Of a stretch of DNA of 64,000 nucleotides, positions 35,696-45,609 are shown one piece after another (the first letter of the stretch is position 1; each line of letters begins with the position of its first letter). The notes below the pieces were generated by a model that saw only the letters and a program-made list of their open reading frames with translations, was not told the DNA's origin and made no database searches. A program made the translations under genes and the position numbers. Source of the stretch: a virus. The stretch is taken from IMG/VR virus record IMGVR_UViG_3300021961_000021; one strand, written 5' to 3'.

Positions 35696-36681
35696 CCAGT
35701 AAATTTTAGTTTTGCTTCTAGACCGTGATAGGTATTAGACTCTATCACGTTTTGAACATCGTGTCCAGCGAGAACCATATCATTGATATCTTTCTCTGTG
35801 ATTTTGGAATCCCATATCACAACTCTTTCGCCCCGATCGATTGCTGCTGATATTCTGGAGACAATTTGTGGGTTGCGTGGTTCGTTATCAAAGATCCACA
35901 CAAGATCGCTAATGCCCCACTTACGAGGATCAGCATCACTTCCGCACATAGCAATCGAGTTGCGAATGAAGAGCGAATCCAACGGTCCTTCAGTGATGTA
36001 GACAGTTCGATTTTTGTCCACGCTGTCGAGACCGAAGAGTTTGGGTTTAGTTTCATCGAAGATTACCGTAATGTAACGAAGTTTAGCAGTGGGAGTTAGA
36101 GATCTCCCTTGAATTCCAAACCAGTTACCTTCAAAGTCGGTAAGGGGAAGGATAATTCTTGGACGATCATTCTGTAGATTATCAAAAGTCTGCTTTTTGG
36201 TATTCACATACCTCTTAAATCTATCTGCATAGTATAACCTATCCAGTGATTCTAGTGGCAACTTACGTTGTTCAAGATATACCCTTGCGGGGTGTTCTTT
36301 ATTTAGAGATGATATTGTTGGTAGTTTAGTTCCCGTATTAAATTTTGGTGTCGATCTAACTACTGCATCATACTTCGGTGTCTCAACCCTAGTTGATTTG
36401 CCAGTCAACCCATCACGATACCTCTCCATAACAAACTGATCGTATAGATCTCTAGCATTATCTTTCAAGAAGTTTCCTAGAGTTCTACCTACAGAACAAT
36501 TATGGCACTTAAAGATCAGGTCACTACCTTTAGCGAAAAAATAACCCCTTGCCTTAGACTTCTGCTTTTGAGAGTCGCCGCAATAGGGGCATCTAAAGTT
36601 GTATAGATTTGAGTGCTTTTCTTTAAACAGGTCTAACCGTCCACCCACTAAGCGGGCGTACTTAAGATCAATGTAACTCAC
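35680..36681 (-). CDS. g61: DNA primase gp61
   Basis: NFRCPYCGDSQK...FKCHNC, ITEGPLDSLF and DNEPRN. Confidence 0.96.
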   Translation of the reverse strand: MSYIDLKYARLVGGRLDLFKEKHSNLYNFRCPYCGDSQKQKSKARGYFFAKGSDLIFKCHNCSVGRTLGNFLKDNARDLYDQFVMERYRDGLTGKSTRVETPKYDAVVRSTPKFNTGTKLPTISSLNKEHPARVYLEQRKLPLESLDRLYYADRFKRYVNTKKQTFDNLQNDRPRIILPLTDFEGNWFGIQGRSLTPTAKLRYITVIFDETKPKLFGLDSVDKNRTVYITEGPLDSLFIRNSIAMCGSDADPRKWGISDLVWIFDNEPRNPQIVSRISAAIDRGERVVIWDSKITEKDINDMVLAGHDVQNVIESNTYHGLEAKLKFTGWKKV

Positions 36682-37103
36682 TTAGTGGCAGTCGCGGGTG
36701 CATTAAGAGTAGCACCCTGAGTTCCTGTTGTCAAGATATTTCCAAAGAAAGATGCTGAACCGATGATGACTACAGCAGCAGTACCAATACCGACAGTAAT
36801 CCATCTAAACGTAGCAAGATCGTTAACCCTATTTTCTATGGTTTCGATCCTAGAAATCACAGCAGTATGTTCTTTTGTATTCTGCATCTTCATTTCCTCA
36901 ATCATTTTGATGATGAGGTTATCAGCACGATCAGATTGTTCCAATCTTTCTTCGTGTTTGGCAAGAACTTGAGCGATGCGATTGTTTCCTTCGGAAATCT
37001 TTTCTACTGCTCGCTCAAGTTTATCGAGCATTTCTTTTGATAGGTCTTCATAGATATTAAGTTTGCTTTCAAGGACCGCTAATTTCTGCAGACCGAATGC
37101 CAT
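36678..37103 (-). CDS. Coiled-coil protein with C-terminal TM helix (XhlA/holin-like architecture)
   Basis: Long heptad region then RWITVGIGTAAVVIIG. Confidence 0.6.
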   Translation of the reverse strand: MAFGLQKLAVLESKLNIYEDLSKEMLDKLERAVEKISEGNNRIAQVLAKHEERLEQSDRADNLIIKMIEEMKMQNTKEHTAVISRIETIENRVNDLATFRWITVGIGTAAVVIIGSASFFGNILTTGTQGATLNAPATATK

Positions 37104-37105
37104 CT

Positions 37106-37732
37106 TTACATCGCCTCCAGACGCTTGCTGTAATAGAACTTCAGCACGTCGGATGGCATCATCCTCTTTACTGACATAGACTTCATAGTTTCTGGTCTAT
37201 AGATCTTGCGAAGTCTCAGTTTTACATCTGCTTCGCTAGAACCATAGAAAACAAATTCAATCTCATCAGAGTGAACAAAGAATGGGAAATATTTACCAGG
37301 AGTTTTCTTCTTCTCCTCACAAACATACTTCCCGTCCTTCATCTTAAACTTACATTTACGAATCTTACCCTTGGGTTGCTTACTCACACCACCCATAGGT
37401 TGATCAAATCCTGCTGTAGGACCATCAGAATCAGCATCAGCACTAAACCCAGCGGCAGATGATGTGCTTCCTGTGCTCATTGTTGGTGCTTCTTCACCAA
37501 TATAATCAAACTCTTCCTTGCGAGATCTTTCCGCCTGTCTACGCTTATGAAAATCCATATAGGATTCTCCAGGCTTGGCAGTCTTGCTGTAATCGGGTTT
37601 GGGTTTTGATGCTGCAGCACGGTCTTCACGAGCACGCTGGTTAGCACCAGGACCACCCAATCTACGATCTTTCTCGGGATCTGGATGCCAGAAATCGGCA
37701 CGTTCTACAAATTGTTTTTTCTGGATACCCAT
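37106..37732 (-). CDS. Conserved late (probably head-associated) protein
   Basis: EEAPTMS.G...GF...AD..GP.AGFD motif; basic. Confidence 0.6.
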   Translation of the reverse strand: MGIQKKQFVERADFWHPDPEKDRRLGGPGANQRAREDRAAASKPKPDYSKTAKPGESYMDFHKRRQAERSRKEEFDYIGEEAPTMSTGSTSSAAGFSADADSDGPTAGFDQPMGGVSKQPKGKIRKCKFKMKDGKYVCEEKKKTPGKYFPFFVHSDEIEFVFYGSSEADVKLRLRKIYRPETMKSMSVKRMMPSDVLKFYYSKRLEAM

Positions 37733-37734
37733 AT

Positions 37735-38106
37735 CTACAACCTAGACAGTTCGGAATATATTTTCGGATCTATCTGAATAGTTTCAAATACTCCAGTATT
37801 ACTTTCTGGAAGTATATTCAAATAGATGAGGTAGGTTTTTAGTATCGACCAATACTGTTGTTCAACTTTATAAATCAATAACGGTATTGCAGCATCACCA
37901 AATACATTGAATAGGACAATCAAATGATTAATAATCAAATGATTACGAAGAACCCCAGTCTTTAAATATCTCCCAAACAATCTCTTAAGATATTTAAATC
38001 TCATCATATCTTCCAGAAAATCATCATAGGTGACAGACTGGGGGTTATCGTAATGTTTGATTGCGAACATTATATGGTTGTCCGCTGTAAGCACCGAAAA
38101 ATTCAT
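37735..38106 (-). CDS. Conserved T4-like hypothetical protein
   Basis: FAIKHYDNPQ....DF.ED..RFKYLKRL..RY...G.LR.HLI.NH. Confidence 0.75.
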   Translation of the reverse strand: MNFSVLTADNHIMFAIKHYDNPQSVTYDDFLEDMMRFKYLKRLFGRYLKTGVLRNHLIINHLIVLFNVFGDAAIPLLIYKVEQQYWSILKTYLIYLNILPESNTGVFETIQIDPKIYSELSRL

Positions 38107-38122
38107 AATATATCAATCAGTA

Positions 38123-38728
38123 TCAGGCATATGTAATTGAAGCAGTATCGGAGATAACTTCTTCAGCGCCAGCATCCGATGTGAGTTTCACACGGAACTT
38201 GTAACCATCGTAAGTTGCTTTGTCTGCAGCAGTCAGGGTCAGAGTTGCAGTGGTCGAACCACTGTACACACCAGCATCGGTAACATTGGTCCAGCGAGTT
38301 CCAGTTGCTGTCTGCTTCTGCCACTGATAAACCACGCTACCTGCATCAGCAGATGCGGTAACAGCAAAGGTTCCAGTGAAGGGATCAGCAGCACCAGTTA
38401 CGTCTGCAGGTTGTGCAGCGATGGTGATTGCCGATGCTGCGTCTGCTGCAATAGCGTCGTCAGCCTGGGTTTCGTTAGCGTTGGTATCAGCATTGCTGAG
38501 GAACATCAGGTGCTCTGCCTTATGGCGGGTCTTACCCGAACCATCGGTGTAAGTACGATATGCCCACCAACCAGGGGCAGTGATGCCGCGTTCTTTGTTC
38601 TCCGAGAGACCTGCCTCGGTATTATCAACAAAGACAATGGTCTCAGTAGCGGACCCAGCACCGTTACCACGGGTGAGACCTACTTGTGTTTTGTTTGCGT
38701 TTGAGTCAGTTCTCCCGTAAAGAGACAT
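38123..38728 (-). CDS. Virion protein with C-terminal Ig-like domain
   Basis: MSLYG..D, GI..PGWW.Y.TY.D..G..RHK.E.L, then ITI..QP...YQWQ...TL.L...D...YRV. Late promoter at 38758. Confidence 0.75.
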   Translation of the reverse strand: MSLYGRTDSNANKTQVGLTRGNGAGSATETIVFVDNTEAGLSENKERGITAPGWWAYRTYTDGSGKTRHKAEHLMFLSNADTNANETQADDAIAADAASAITIAAQPADVTGAADPFTGTFAVTASADAGSVVYQWQKQTATGTRWTNVTDAGVYSGSTTATLTLTAADKATYDGYKFRVKLTSDAGAEEVISDTASITYA

Positions 38729-38773
38729 TGTGTTTCTCCAAATCGTTTCCTATATTGTATTTATAAAAATGTT

Positions 38774-38797
38774 AAAAGGGAGGTCGAAACCTCCCTT
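38774..38797 (-). terminator. Rho-independent terminator
   Basis: AAGGGAGG-TTTCGA-CCTCCCTT followed by TT. Confidence 0.65.
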
Positions 38798-38801
38798 GGT
38801 A

Positions 38802-38987
38802 TCACTCGGCTGCTTCGCAACCTTTGAGCAGAGCAGTTTTAACGGTAGCAACGATCAAATCGTCAACATCATTATCAGTAGTTGCTACATATTTCTCAAG
38901 AAGTTCTACTACCAGTTTTTTAACTTGGCAGGAACCCATAACTTTAAAGAGGATGGGCTTTACAACCAAAAGAATTGCAGGAACCAT
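38802..38987 (-). CDS. Conserved small protein
   Basis: VKKLVVELLEKYV.TTDNDVDD..V..VK.AL motif. Confidence 0.7.
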   Translation of the reverse strand: MVPAILLVVKPILFKVMGSCQVKKLVVELLEKYVATTDNDVDDLIVATVKTALLKGCEAAE

Positions 38988-39047
38988 TTCTAATCTCCGT
39001 GAGGATAACTACCTTATATATGAGACCAGATCGGTGCGGTTAATTCC

Positions 39048-39505
39048 CTAGTGGTTGTGACCTTCCGCAATCAGGATGTCCAGTTCTTCCACAGAAACAT
39101 CTTCGTAGATGTTGCCTTCGCCATCGCAAATGGTGTACTGAGAAACGTAATGGGTATTGCCATCAGCATCAGGTTCAGCAAGTTCAATCAGATCGTGCTG
39201 TGTAGGGATGGTTTGGCAGATGCCATACTCAGCGTGCTCCACATAAGATGCACAAATGTGAGTCTTCTTACCCATCTTCTGAGCGATTGTTTTACGACGA
39301 TTCAGTAGGTACTTGTCAGACTTGTCGTGGTCACCGTCGTTGTCGATGTCCTTGTCTTCCTTACCTACGGCATCAAGTCTCTTACGCTTTGCTGCTTCTT
39401 TGAGTTCAGCAATTTCAAATTGGAGAAGTTTTTTAATAGATTCTTTCATTAGTTGTTCCTTCTTGGGGTTGATGGTAATTGCAGTTTTCTTCTCAGTTAG
39501 CCTCA
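39048..39505 (-). CDS. Conserved late/virion protein
   Basis: LD.VGKED.DIDNDGD.DKSD.YL.NRRK and CA..VEH...G......QH...Y....EDV.V.EL..L..E.H. Start at MRLTEK assumed. Confidence 0.65.
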
Positions 39506-41613
39506 TTCTTTCTCTCCCTTGCCTTTCTAGGACCAACACCCTTATAAAGACGTGATGCTTGTGCTGCTTTCTTTGCTGCTGTTTCTCTGTCACCAGAGAT
39601 TGATGCCTTCCTGCGCTCATTATCTGCCTTCATAGAAGCAGTGAGTGCGAGGTGAGAAGAGATCTCATCGATCTGTTCAACGTCATAACCAAGACGCTCA
39701 CGCCAGGAGGTTCCTTCACCCATACGACTTGCTACTTTACCTGCACCAGAGGATACTGCACGAGCAGTCTTGCCAACGACCTTCTTAATGCCACGCTTAA
39801 CTGCGCTGGCAGCACGACGAAGCAGAGAAGGTTTGTCACTACCACCGCCAGATGACTTGCTTGAAGAACCACCTGAGGAACCACCAGATGATCTTGTGGT
39901 TGTAGTTGTGGTTGTAGTTGTGGAAGAAGAACCGCCACCACCGCCAGAGGAAGAAGACTTCTTCTGACCACCAGATGAACGAATCTTATCGAGGAGTTCT
40001 TCACCCTTTCTACGAGTTTCTGCATCCTTAGATTCAGGCTTCTTAGGAGCAGGAGAATCGGACTGTGCTTTGGGTTTCGACTTGCTCAGAGAATCTCTCT
40101 TCGCTTTGATTCTTGCTGCTTGGTATTCACCAACGGCGTGACCTGCTGCTCTGGAAGCAGCACCAACAACTTTCTTACCTGCTGCTTTGAGTCCTTGCTT
40201 AGCAGAAGATGCTGCACTCTTAGCTGCTTCGCCTGCCTTGGATGCTGCACTCTTAGCAGAGGATGCTGCAGAACCAACCTTTGCTCTAGCAGAATCTGCT
40301 TTCGACTTGAGAGTAGAACCAACTGCCTTAGCAGCAGTCTTTACTTTCTCAACTCTTGCACGACGAACTGCTGCCTTCACTTCAGGCTTTGCGGCATTCT
40401 CCTTAGACTTAGCCGCTGCAGCAGCATAGTAATCCTCAAACAGAGGATACACATCATAAGAAGACATCATATCCAATGCTTCATCAAGCATCTCAACATC
40501 GTCTTCGATCTCAACCATCGCTTCGATGATCACATCCTCAAGATCTTCCTGAGTGAGGAAATCAAAGTCTTCAGCAAGTTCGTCAACCAGTTCCCACATC
40601 CAAGCTTCGCTTACAGGAACACAGTTGGGAACTTCCTTACCGTTCTTCGTCTTCATACCAACTTGCTTATACCCTTTCCAGCAGGGATCTTCACCACCAC
40701 CGTATGCCTTACCCGCTTCCGAAAGTTCATACTCCATTTCCATATTCAGTTGCTTTTTCTCACCCTTAGTCAGAGCACCTCTTTGCTTTCCTCTAGCAGC
40801 CTGTTTTGCTCTATCATCATCATTGGTTGCCTTATGACCGTAACCGTGGAGACCAGGAGAGGAAGAAGTGGTCTTACGGAAGTCACCCCTTTGTGCTCTA
40901 GCATATCTAGATCTTTGTGCTTCTTTATTCTTATCACCGAAGGTGGGTTTCTTCTCAAGTGCAGTTGCTCTATCTGCTGCTTCACCACCACCAGTGGACT
41001 TAGCAATCTTGTTACGAATTTCGGTCTCATTATGTCCGCGCTTTGCCATTGCGGTTTTTTCATCAAGCATTTCTTCGCCTTCTGCTTCATAAGAACTCAT
41101 AATAGAGCCCTTACCATACTTAGCCATTGTTGCTTGCTTAACAATCTCAAGTGCTGTCATTGCAGACTTGCCAGACGGAGCGGGTTTCTTAGGACCAACT
41201 TTTGCTGAGGAACTATTACCACCTCTACCAGCGCCCATACCGCCACGCTCAAGGCGCTGATCATTCATACGATCGGACTCTTCCTCGGGAAGGAACTCTT
41301 CTTTTGCAACTTTCTTGCCAGAGATTGATCTTTGTGCAGCAGTTACAGGTCCCTCAGTCGAAGGCTTCTCTTTGATGGTATCAATCTTGCCAGACGCGCC
41401 ACTCGGTTTTGCATTAATAGTTGCCATATTCTTGCTTTCAAGAATGATGTCAGCAATCTCAATCAACCGAGATGTCTTGAGTTGCTCTTCGATATATTCG
41501 TGTGCTTCACGAAGATCTTCAGAGTTATGCGTAGCATACTCCACCACATAAGTTACTGTTTGAACTTCTGAGGGGGTATATTTAAGGAGTTTTGCTGAAA
41601 GATTGATGTCCAT
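39493..41613 (-). CDS. Large basic/low-complexity protein, probable internal head (core) protein
   Basis: 706 aa. CWKGYKQVGMK..GK.VPNCV motif, K/A-rich and S/G/T tracts, many [ILVM]xE sites. Late promoter at 41638. Confidence 0.65.
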   Translation of the reverse strand: MDINLSAKLLKYTPSEVQTVTYVVEYATHNSEDLREAHEYIEEQLKTSRLIEIADIILESKNMATINAKPSGASGKIDTIKEKPSTEGPVTAAQRSISGKKVAKEEFLPEEESDRMNDQRLERGGMGAGRGGNSSSAKVGPKKPAPSGKSAMTALEIVKQATMAKYGKGSIMSSYEAEGEEMLDEKTAMAKRGHNETEIRNKIAKSTGGGEAADRATALEKKPTFGDKNKEAQRSRYARAQRGDFRKTTSSSPGLHGYGHKATNDDDRAKQAARGKQRGALTKGEKKQLNMEMEYELSEAGKAYGGGEDPCWKGYKQVGMKTKNGKEVPNCVPVSEAWMWELVDELAEDFDFLTQEDLEDVIIEAMVEIEDDVEMLDEALDMMSSYDVYPLFEDYYAAAAAKSKENAAKPEVKAAVRRARVEKVKTAAKAVGSTLKSKADSARAKVGSAASSAKSAASKAGEAAKSAASSAKQGLKAAGKKVVGAASRAAGHAVGEYQAARIKAKRDSLSKSKPKAQSDSPAPKKPESKDAETRRKGEELLDKIRSSGGQKKSSSSGGGGGSSSTTTTTTTTTRSSGGSSGGSSSKSSGGGSDKPSLLRRAASAVKRGIKKVVGKTARAVSSGAGKVASRMGEGTSWRERLGYDVEQIDEISSHLALTASMKADNERRKASISGDRETAAKKAAQASRLYKGVGPRKARERKNEAN

Positions 41614-41636
41614 TGTACGATAAGTTCCCGATAGTA

Positions 41637-42785
41637 TTATTTAGACTTTCTAAAGTCGCTGAATTTTTTAACTGTTTGTCCAGGGGTCATTGCCTGAACT
41701 GCATTCCGATATGCATCAGTACCAACCTTCCAGTCATTACCGCTGCCATCATCTGCAGAGTGATGCTTTTCTTCCACCTCATTGAGATGTTGCAACCAGC
41801 AACGGAACCTCCATCCATTTTCATCTTCAAAGATTGCGTAGTTGGTGCCACGATATACAATTTCACCAATCACACCAGTGTCAAGATGCTCAACAATGGT
41901 TCCGATTGAGAATAACTGATTAGAGATATATGCTTCACGCAATCCCTGAGGATCAAGTTTAGGTGCAATCTCCCACATCTCAGTAACTGCTTGCTGTTCA
42001 TTTGAGATACCCATACCTCTACGAACTGCATTCATTAATTTCTGAGCAAGAGCTTCATCTTTGCCAGGGATACCTTTAGCGAACTCCTTCAGGTTACCTT
42101 CAGCAGCAAATGCTCTCATCTTTGATGCAGACATACCCTCAACACCATCAGCATCAGGGTCACGCTCACCTGCAGATTCTACTTTGAGTTCTTCAAAGTT
42201 ATATGCAGTACCGTTATACTTTGTCAGAAGATTGCTGAACTCAGAAACACGATCACTTCCAACAACCATAGTGACAGAACTATAACCTTCCTCATTGAGT
42301 GCACTGAGAACATTGAAGATGTTGCTCATTGCTTCATCATTGACAATCGCTTCAGAAGCACTGGGATACATCTGCTTCATAAAGTTGATCTTCTCTTTTG
42401 GTTCCAGAGGATTCTTTTTAGGGTCTACAGATCTTGAGGGATAGATTCTGTATGTACCACCAGAACTCATTTGCTCAACCGCATTGATGAGTTTCTCGTG
42501 TCCAACTGTAGGAGGATTGAATCTGCCAAATGTAATTGCAATCGCACCAAGGTCTTCAACACTTGCGTTACCCTCATCTTCAACAGCACCATCCTCAGCA
42601 CCTTGCTGTGCAACTGCCGCTTCATCAGGTGTTACCGCAACAAGTCTCTGACCTTTCTCAGACTTGGCAACAATCGCACCAGATTTATCCGCATAGTAAC
42701 CGTGTCCAACGTGAGTTAGACCACGCTTTGCAGCAGTTTCTCCAGCGACGGTTCTTGCTTCTGTAAGAAATTGAGTGAATTTCAT
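41637..42785 (-). CDS. Cytidylyltransferase-family (HIGH) nucleotidyltransferase
   Basis: ITFGRFNPPTVGHEKL, MVVGSDRV and SAG.RDPD...GMSASKMR. Confidence 0.88.
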   Translation of the reverse strand: MKFTQFLTEARTVAGETAAKRGLTHVGHGYYADKSGAIVAKSEKGQRLVAVTPDEAAVAQQGAEDGAVEDEGNASVEDLGAIAITFGRFNPPTVGHEKLINAVEQMSSGGTYRIYPSRSVDPKKNPLEPKEKINFMKQMYPSASEAIVNDEAMSNIFNVLSALNEEGYSSVTMVVGSDRVSEFSNLLTKYNGTAYNFEELKVESAGERDPDADGVEGMSASKMRAFAAEGNLKEFAKGIPGKDEALAQKLMNAVRRGMGISNEQQAVTEMWEIAPKLDPQGLREAYISNQLFSIGTIVEHLDTGVIGEIVYRGTNYAIFEDENGWRFRCWLQHLNEVEEKHHSADDGSGNDWKVGTDAYRNAVQAMTPGQTVKKFSDFRKSK

Positions 42786-42816
42786 TATATTTGTCAGTGT
42801 TTCCTATTATATTTAT

Positions 42817-44007
42817 CTAGCCCCAATTCTTGTCTACCGTGAAGTTGGCACGAGAGAACTCCAGGCGGTCAACTAACTTCAGTGCATTACCAGATTTGAT
42901 CGCAACAAATCCTTCAGGAGCAGTCACACGGAATCCAGAATCAGTTTGAATGTAGGTTCCGATGTCCTTGACCTGTTCAAGTTTGCGAACAATCATAGTC
43001 TTTGCAGTGATCAAATTCATATAACTAGCAACCGTCATATAGATTGCTTTGCTATAACTGCGGATGAACTTCAGACCATCATTCTTGATCTTCTCATACT
43101 TTGCCTTTGCTGCAGGAGTCTTCTTAGAGTCGATCTCTTTCTGCAGAGCATCACTGTAGAACTTCTCAAATCCCTTACCAACTGCCTGAGCATTGGTGAT
43201 GGGCTTACCCTGACGAATGAACGAGTTGAAATACACCTTGAACATTGCCGACAGCAGGAACTTACCATCCCCAGTTTGCTTGAGGATATCAAGAAACGTA
43301 GATGCTTGACGAAGAGAACCTTCTGCCCGATTAACTGCTGCTCGATAAGAAATAAACTCGGAAGTTGTCATACGGGAAGATCCCGTAGCATCAGTGAAGT
43401 TGGATGAGAATACTGCAATGTCGGATACGTTCTGCATACCAGAAACATCCACACCGAAACTGGGTGACATATCACTCAACAAAGGACCACCGCTATACTT
43501 GGTGTGAAAAACAATGCCAAGTTTGGCGTGTTTTACTTTATAACCAATATGTGAGTTCGTTGGTATTGCGTAAGTAATAGTATTAGGACGGAAAGTTAAG
43601 CACTGAGTGCCATTGATTTTTGCAGTCTTAAGGTCATTGGTGAACAGAAGATCACCCTGCAGGACTCCATTGATTTTCAGTTTGGGTAGGAGCTTCAAAC
43701 AGGTCTTCAACTTACTAGCAAGTTCACCCTGATACCACTCATCAATATCAGATTCAGAAACACAGATCTTAGGAAACTTTGCAAAGACACTCTTGGTCCC
43801 CACAAAGAAATTACCAGTGCCAGGGTGGCGACCACAGATCACAGCAGGAGCACCGTCCCACTTAGTCGTGAGTCTGATGCTGGAGTCTGGTTCGGTGAGC
43901 ATCGTGCCGAGTTCCCGAAGGAAGGCGATAGCGTTCCTGCCTCCATCCGAACCGTTGTTCAGGATGTCGTCTTCCAGGTGCTCTAGGTGGGTGTTTTGCT
44001 TTGCCAT
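42817..44007 (-). CDS. Conserved protein (DUF6267-like) with ligase-type KxDG motif
   Basis: NTHLEHLED, TTKWDGAPA..CG, LQGD.LF, PNTITY and PEGFVA...LKLVDRLEFS. Confidence 0.7.
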   Translation of the reverse strand: MAKQNTHLEHLEDDILNNGSDGGRNAIAFLRELGTMLTEPDSSIRLTTKWDGAPAVICGRHPGTGNFFVGTKSVFAKFPKICVSESDIDEWYQGELASKLKTCLKLLPKLKINGVLQGDLLFTNDLKTAKINGTQCLTFRPNTITYAIPTNSHIGYKVKHAKLGIVFHTKYSGGPLLSDMSPSFGVDVSGMQNVSDIAVFSSNFTDATGSSRMTTSEFISYRAAVNRAEGSLRQASTFLDILKQTGDGKFLLSAMFKVYFNSFIRQGKPITNAQAVGKGFEKFYSDALQKEIDSKKTPAAKAKYEKIKNDGLKFIRSYSKAIYMTVASYMNLITAKTMIVRKLEQVKDIGTYIQTDSGFRVTAPEGFVAIKSGNALKLVDRLEFSRANFTVDKNWG

Positions 44008-44014
44008 ACCAGTA

Positions 44015-44845
44015 TCATACCTCGTATCGGATCACCAGGGCGTTCTGACGGACACCTGTAACTTTGTCCTTGCCCCGACCCTTCATTGCCAGGCGGACCC
44101 CTGCCATCCCCATCACCTCCCTCACCGCTGCCTCATCGATAGGTTTCACACCGTGTTCTGTCATCATATGATCTGCTGCTTTATCGGGATCGGAAGCGAA
44201 CAACATAGCGCCTGTCATACATTCGTGTGTCAGATGATATTTGAAACAGTCATAAACATCAGCAACTCCAGGAACTTTCTTAGAACCAAGAACCTCCTGC
44301 AGTTGTTCATTAAGACCACCTGCCTTTTTCATATCCGACAGGATACGTTTTGCTGTAGGCTGATCAACAGTGCCCTTGGCATTCTCACACTTGTTGTTAA
44401 TCTTTTCCAGAATCAATTGAAGGTATCCCAGCGCAATAACATTGTTCTCACCACCACCACACTCAGCAGCAACCTTCTTAAGAACATTACTAAAAACTTG
44501 AGTTGACTTATCAATACCTGCGCTAGTCAACTGGAAAGATTTGCCCCACTTCATTGAGCACTTGTATTTCTTTCCGTTTGCTGTGAACATAATATCTGTC
44601 TTCGGTTCTTCACCACCGCCAGACATTTTCTTATAAGACTTATAGTATTCCTGATCTTTGTTGATGTTGTCACTTTTATAACTATCAACAATCTTCGTGG
44701 CAACTCTTTTAATATCATCACCAATAGAACTGTATTGTGCTGCAGCTGTGTCCAGTGCTTTCTTTTGTTCAGTATCTGGGTTGACGATTCTACTCATCGC
44801 CTGATACATTACTGCGTGTTCAAATTGCAGTCCCTTGTTCGCCAC
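44015..44845 (-). CDS. Hypothetical protein with PD-(D/E)XK-like motif
   Basis: GLQFE...EPKTDI...KCSMK. Late promoter at 44870. Confidence 0.55.
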   Translation of the reverse strand: MANKGLQFEHAVMYQAMSRIVNPDTEQKKALDTAAAQYSSIGDDIKRVATKIVDSYKSDNINKDQEYYKSYKKMSGGGEEPKTDIMFTANGKKYKCSMKWGKSFQLTSAGIDKSTQVFSNVLKKVAAECGGGENNVIALGYLQLILEKINNKCENAKGTVDQPTAKRILSDMKKAGGLNEQLQEVLGSKKVPGVADVYDCFKYHLTHECMTGAMLFASDPDKAADHMMTEHGVKPIDEAAVREVMGMAGVRLAMKGRGKDKVTGVRQNALVIRYEV

Positions 44846-44875
44846 GGTAGTATAAGAATACGACGAAAGTATTTA

Positions 44876-45421
44876 TTAGAATGTACCTGGCTTCTTGTAC
44901 ATATTCATTGAAAACACTCTACGTCTTCCTTGTGTTGGTGGAACTTCGTGGATTAGTTTGGAATCAAATATAAGCAGTTGTCTTTCTGAGGGATAGTAAG
45001 GACTCGTCCTATCATAGATTATTGGTGAAGAATTATCTTCAAGTCTAAGATAACCAACTGCAGCAAAATCTGCTGGATAGTGGTAATGAGGTTTTGTGTA
45101 ATCTCCAGGACCATAGTCTGCTCCCCAGATGTTCTTTGCATAAAAATGCAGGTCGTTGGTGCCATCGTGTAAACCACCGTAGCACCTACCACCTGTATTA
45201 TATACCAGATTGGAAATCATTCTGCAACATTCCGAGACATACTCCTCACATTTCGGCATTTGCAGATCCCATTCAGTTTGTCTGGCGACAAGGTTTGATG
45301 CTGGAGGAGTTGGTTTATCCAACTCATTCCAGTCATCAATTACTTTGTTTGCTTCTTCAATGCAATCCTGTGGAAGAATGAATTCAAAAACAGGATAACC
45401 AGAACCAACGAATACAGTCAT
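44876..45421 (-). CDS. 2OG-Fe(II) oxygenase
   Basis: WGA.Y..GDY..PH.H...Y, FDS.L.HEV and R.V.S.N. Confidence 0.8.
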   Translation of the reverse strand: MTVFVGSGYPVFEFILPQDCIEEANKVIDDWNELDKPTPPASNLVARQTEWDLQMPKCEEYVSECCRMISNLVYNTGGRCYGGLHDGTNDLHFYAKNIWGADYGPGDYTKPHYHYPADFAAVGYLRLEDNSSPIIYDRTSPYYPSERQLLIFDSKLIHEVPPTQGRRRVFSMNMYKKPGTF

Positions 45422-45609
45422 TACTTAGCAATCATAAACACTCCGTGAGCGTAGAATGCCATAAACATAAATCCCAAGCAAGCAGAAATAATTGTTGCAT
45501 TGCGATTGTGTCGTCTAATAGCATCGTCCACAATTTTATGGACATCCTCTATGGTTGCCAACTGTTGCTCTGGATCATACATTGGACTAAAAGCAAGTGG
45601 ATCAATCAA
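45421..45609 (-). CDS. Small membrane protein
   Basis: V...IDDAIRRHNRNA.IIS..LG...A.Y.HG motif. Confidence 0.6.
   Translation of the reverse strand: MIDPLAFSPMYDPEQQLATIEDVHKIVDDAIRRHNRNATIISACLGFMFMAFYAHGVFMIAK

Noticed and set aside
39840-39960. Trinucleotide-like repeats (GTTGTG/ACCACC tracts)
   Set aside because: Fully explained by the Ser/Gly/Thr low-complexity segment of the 706-aa protein.
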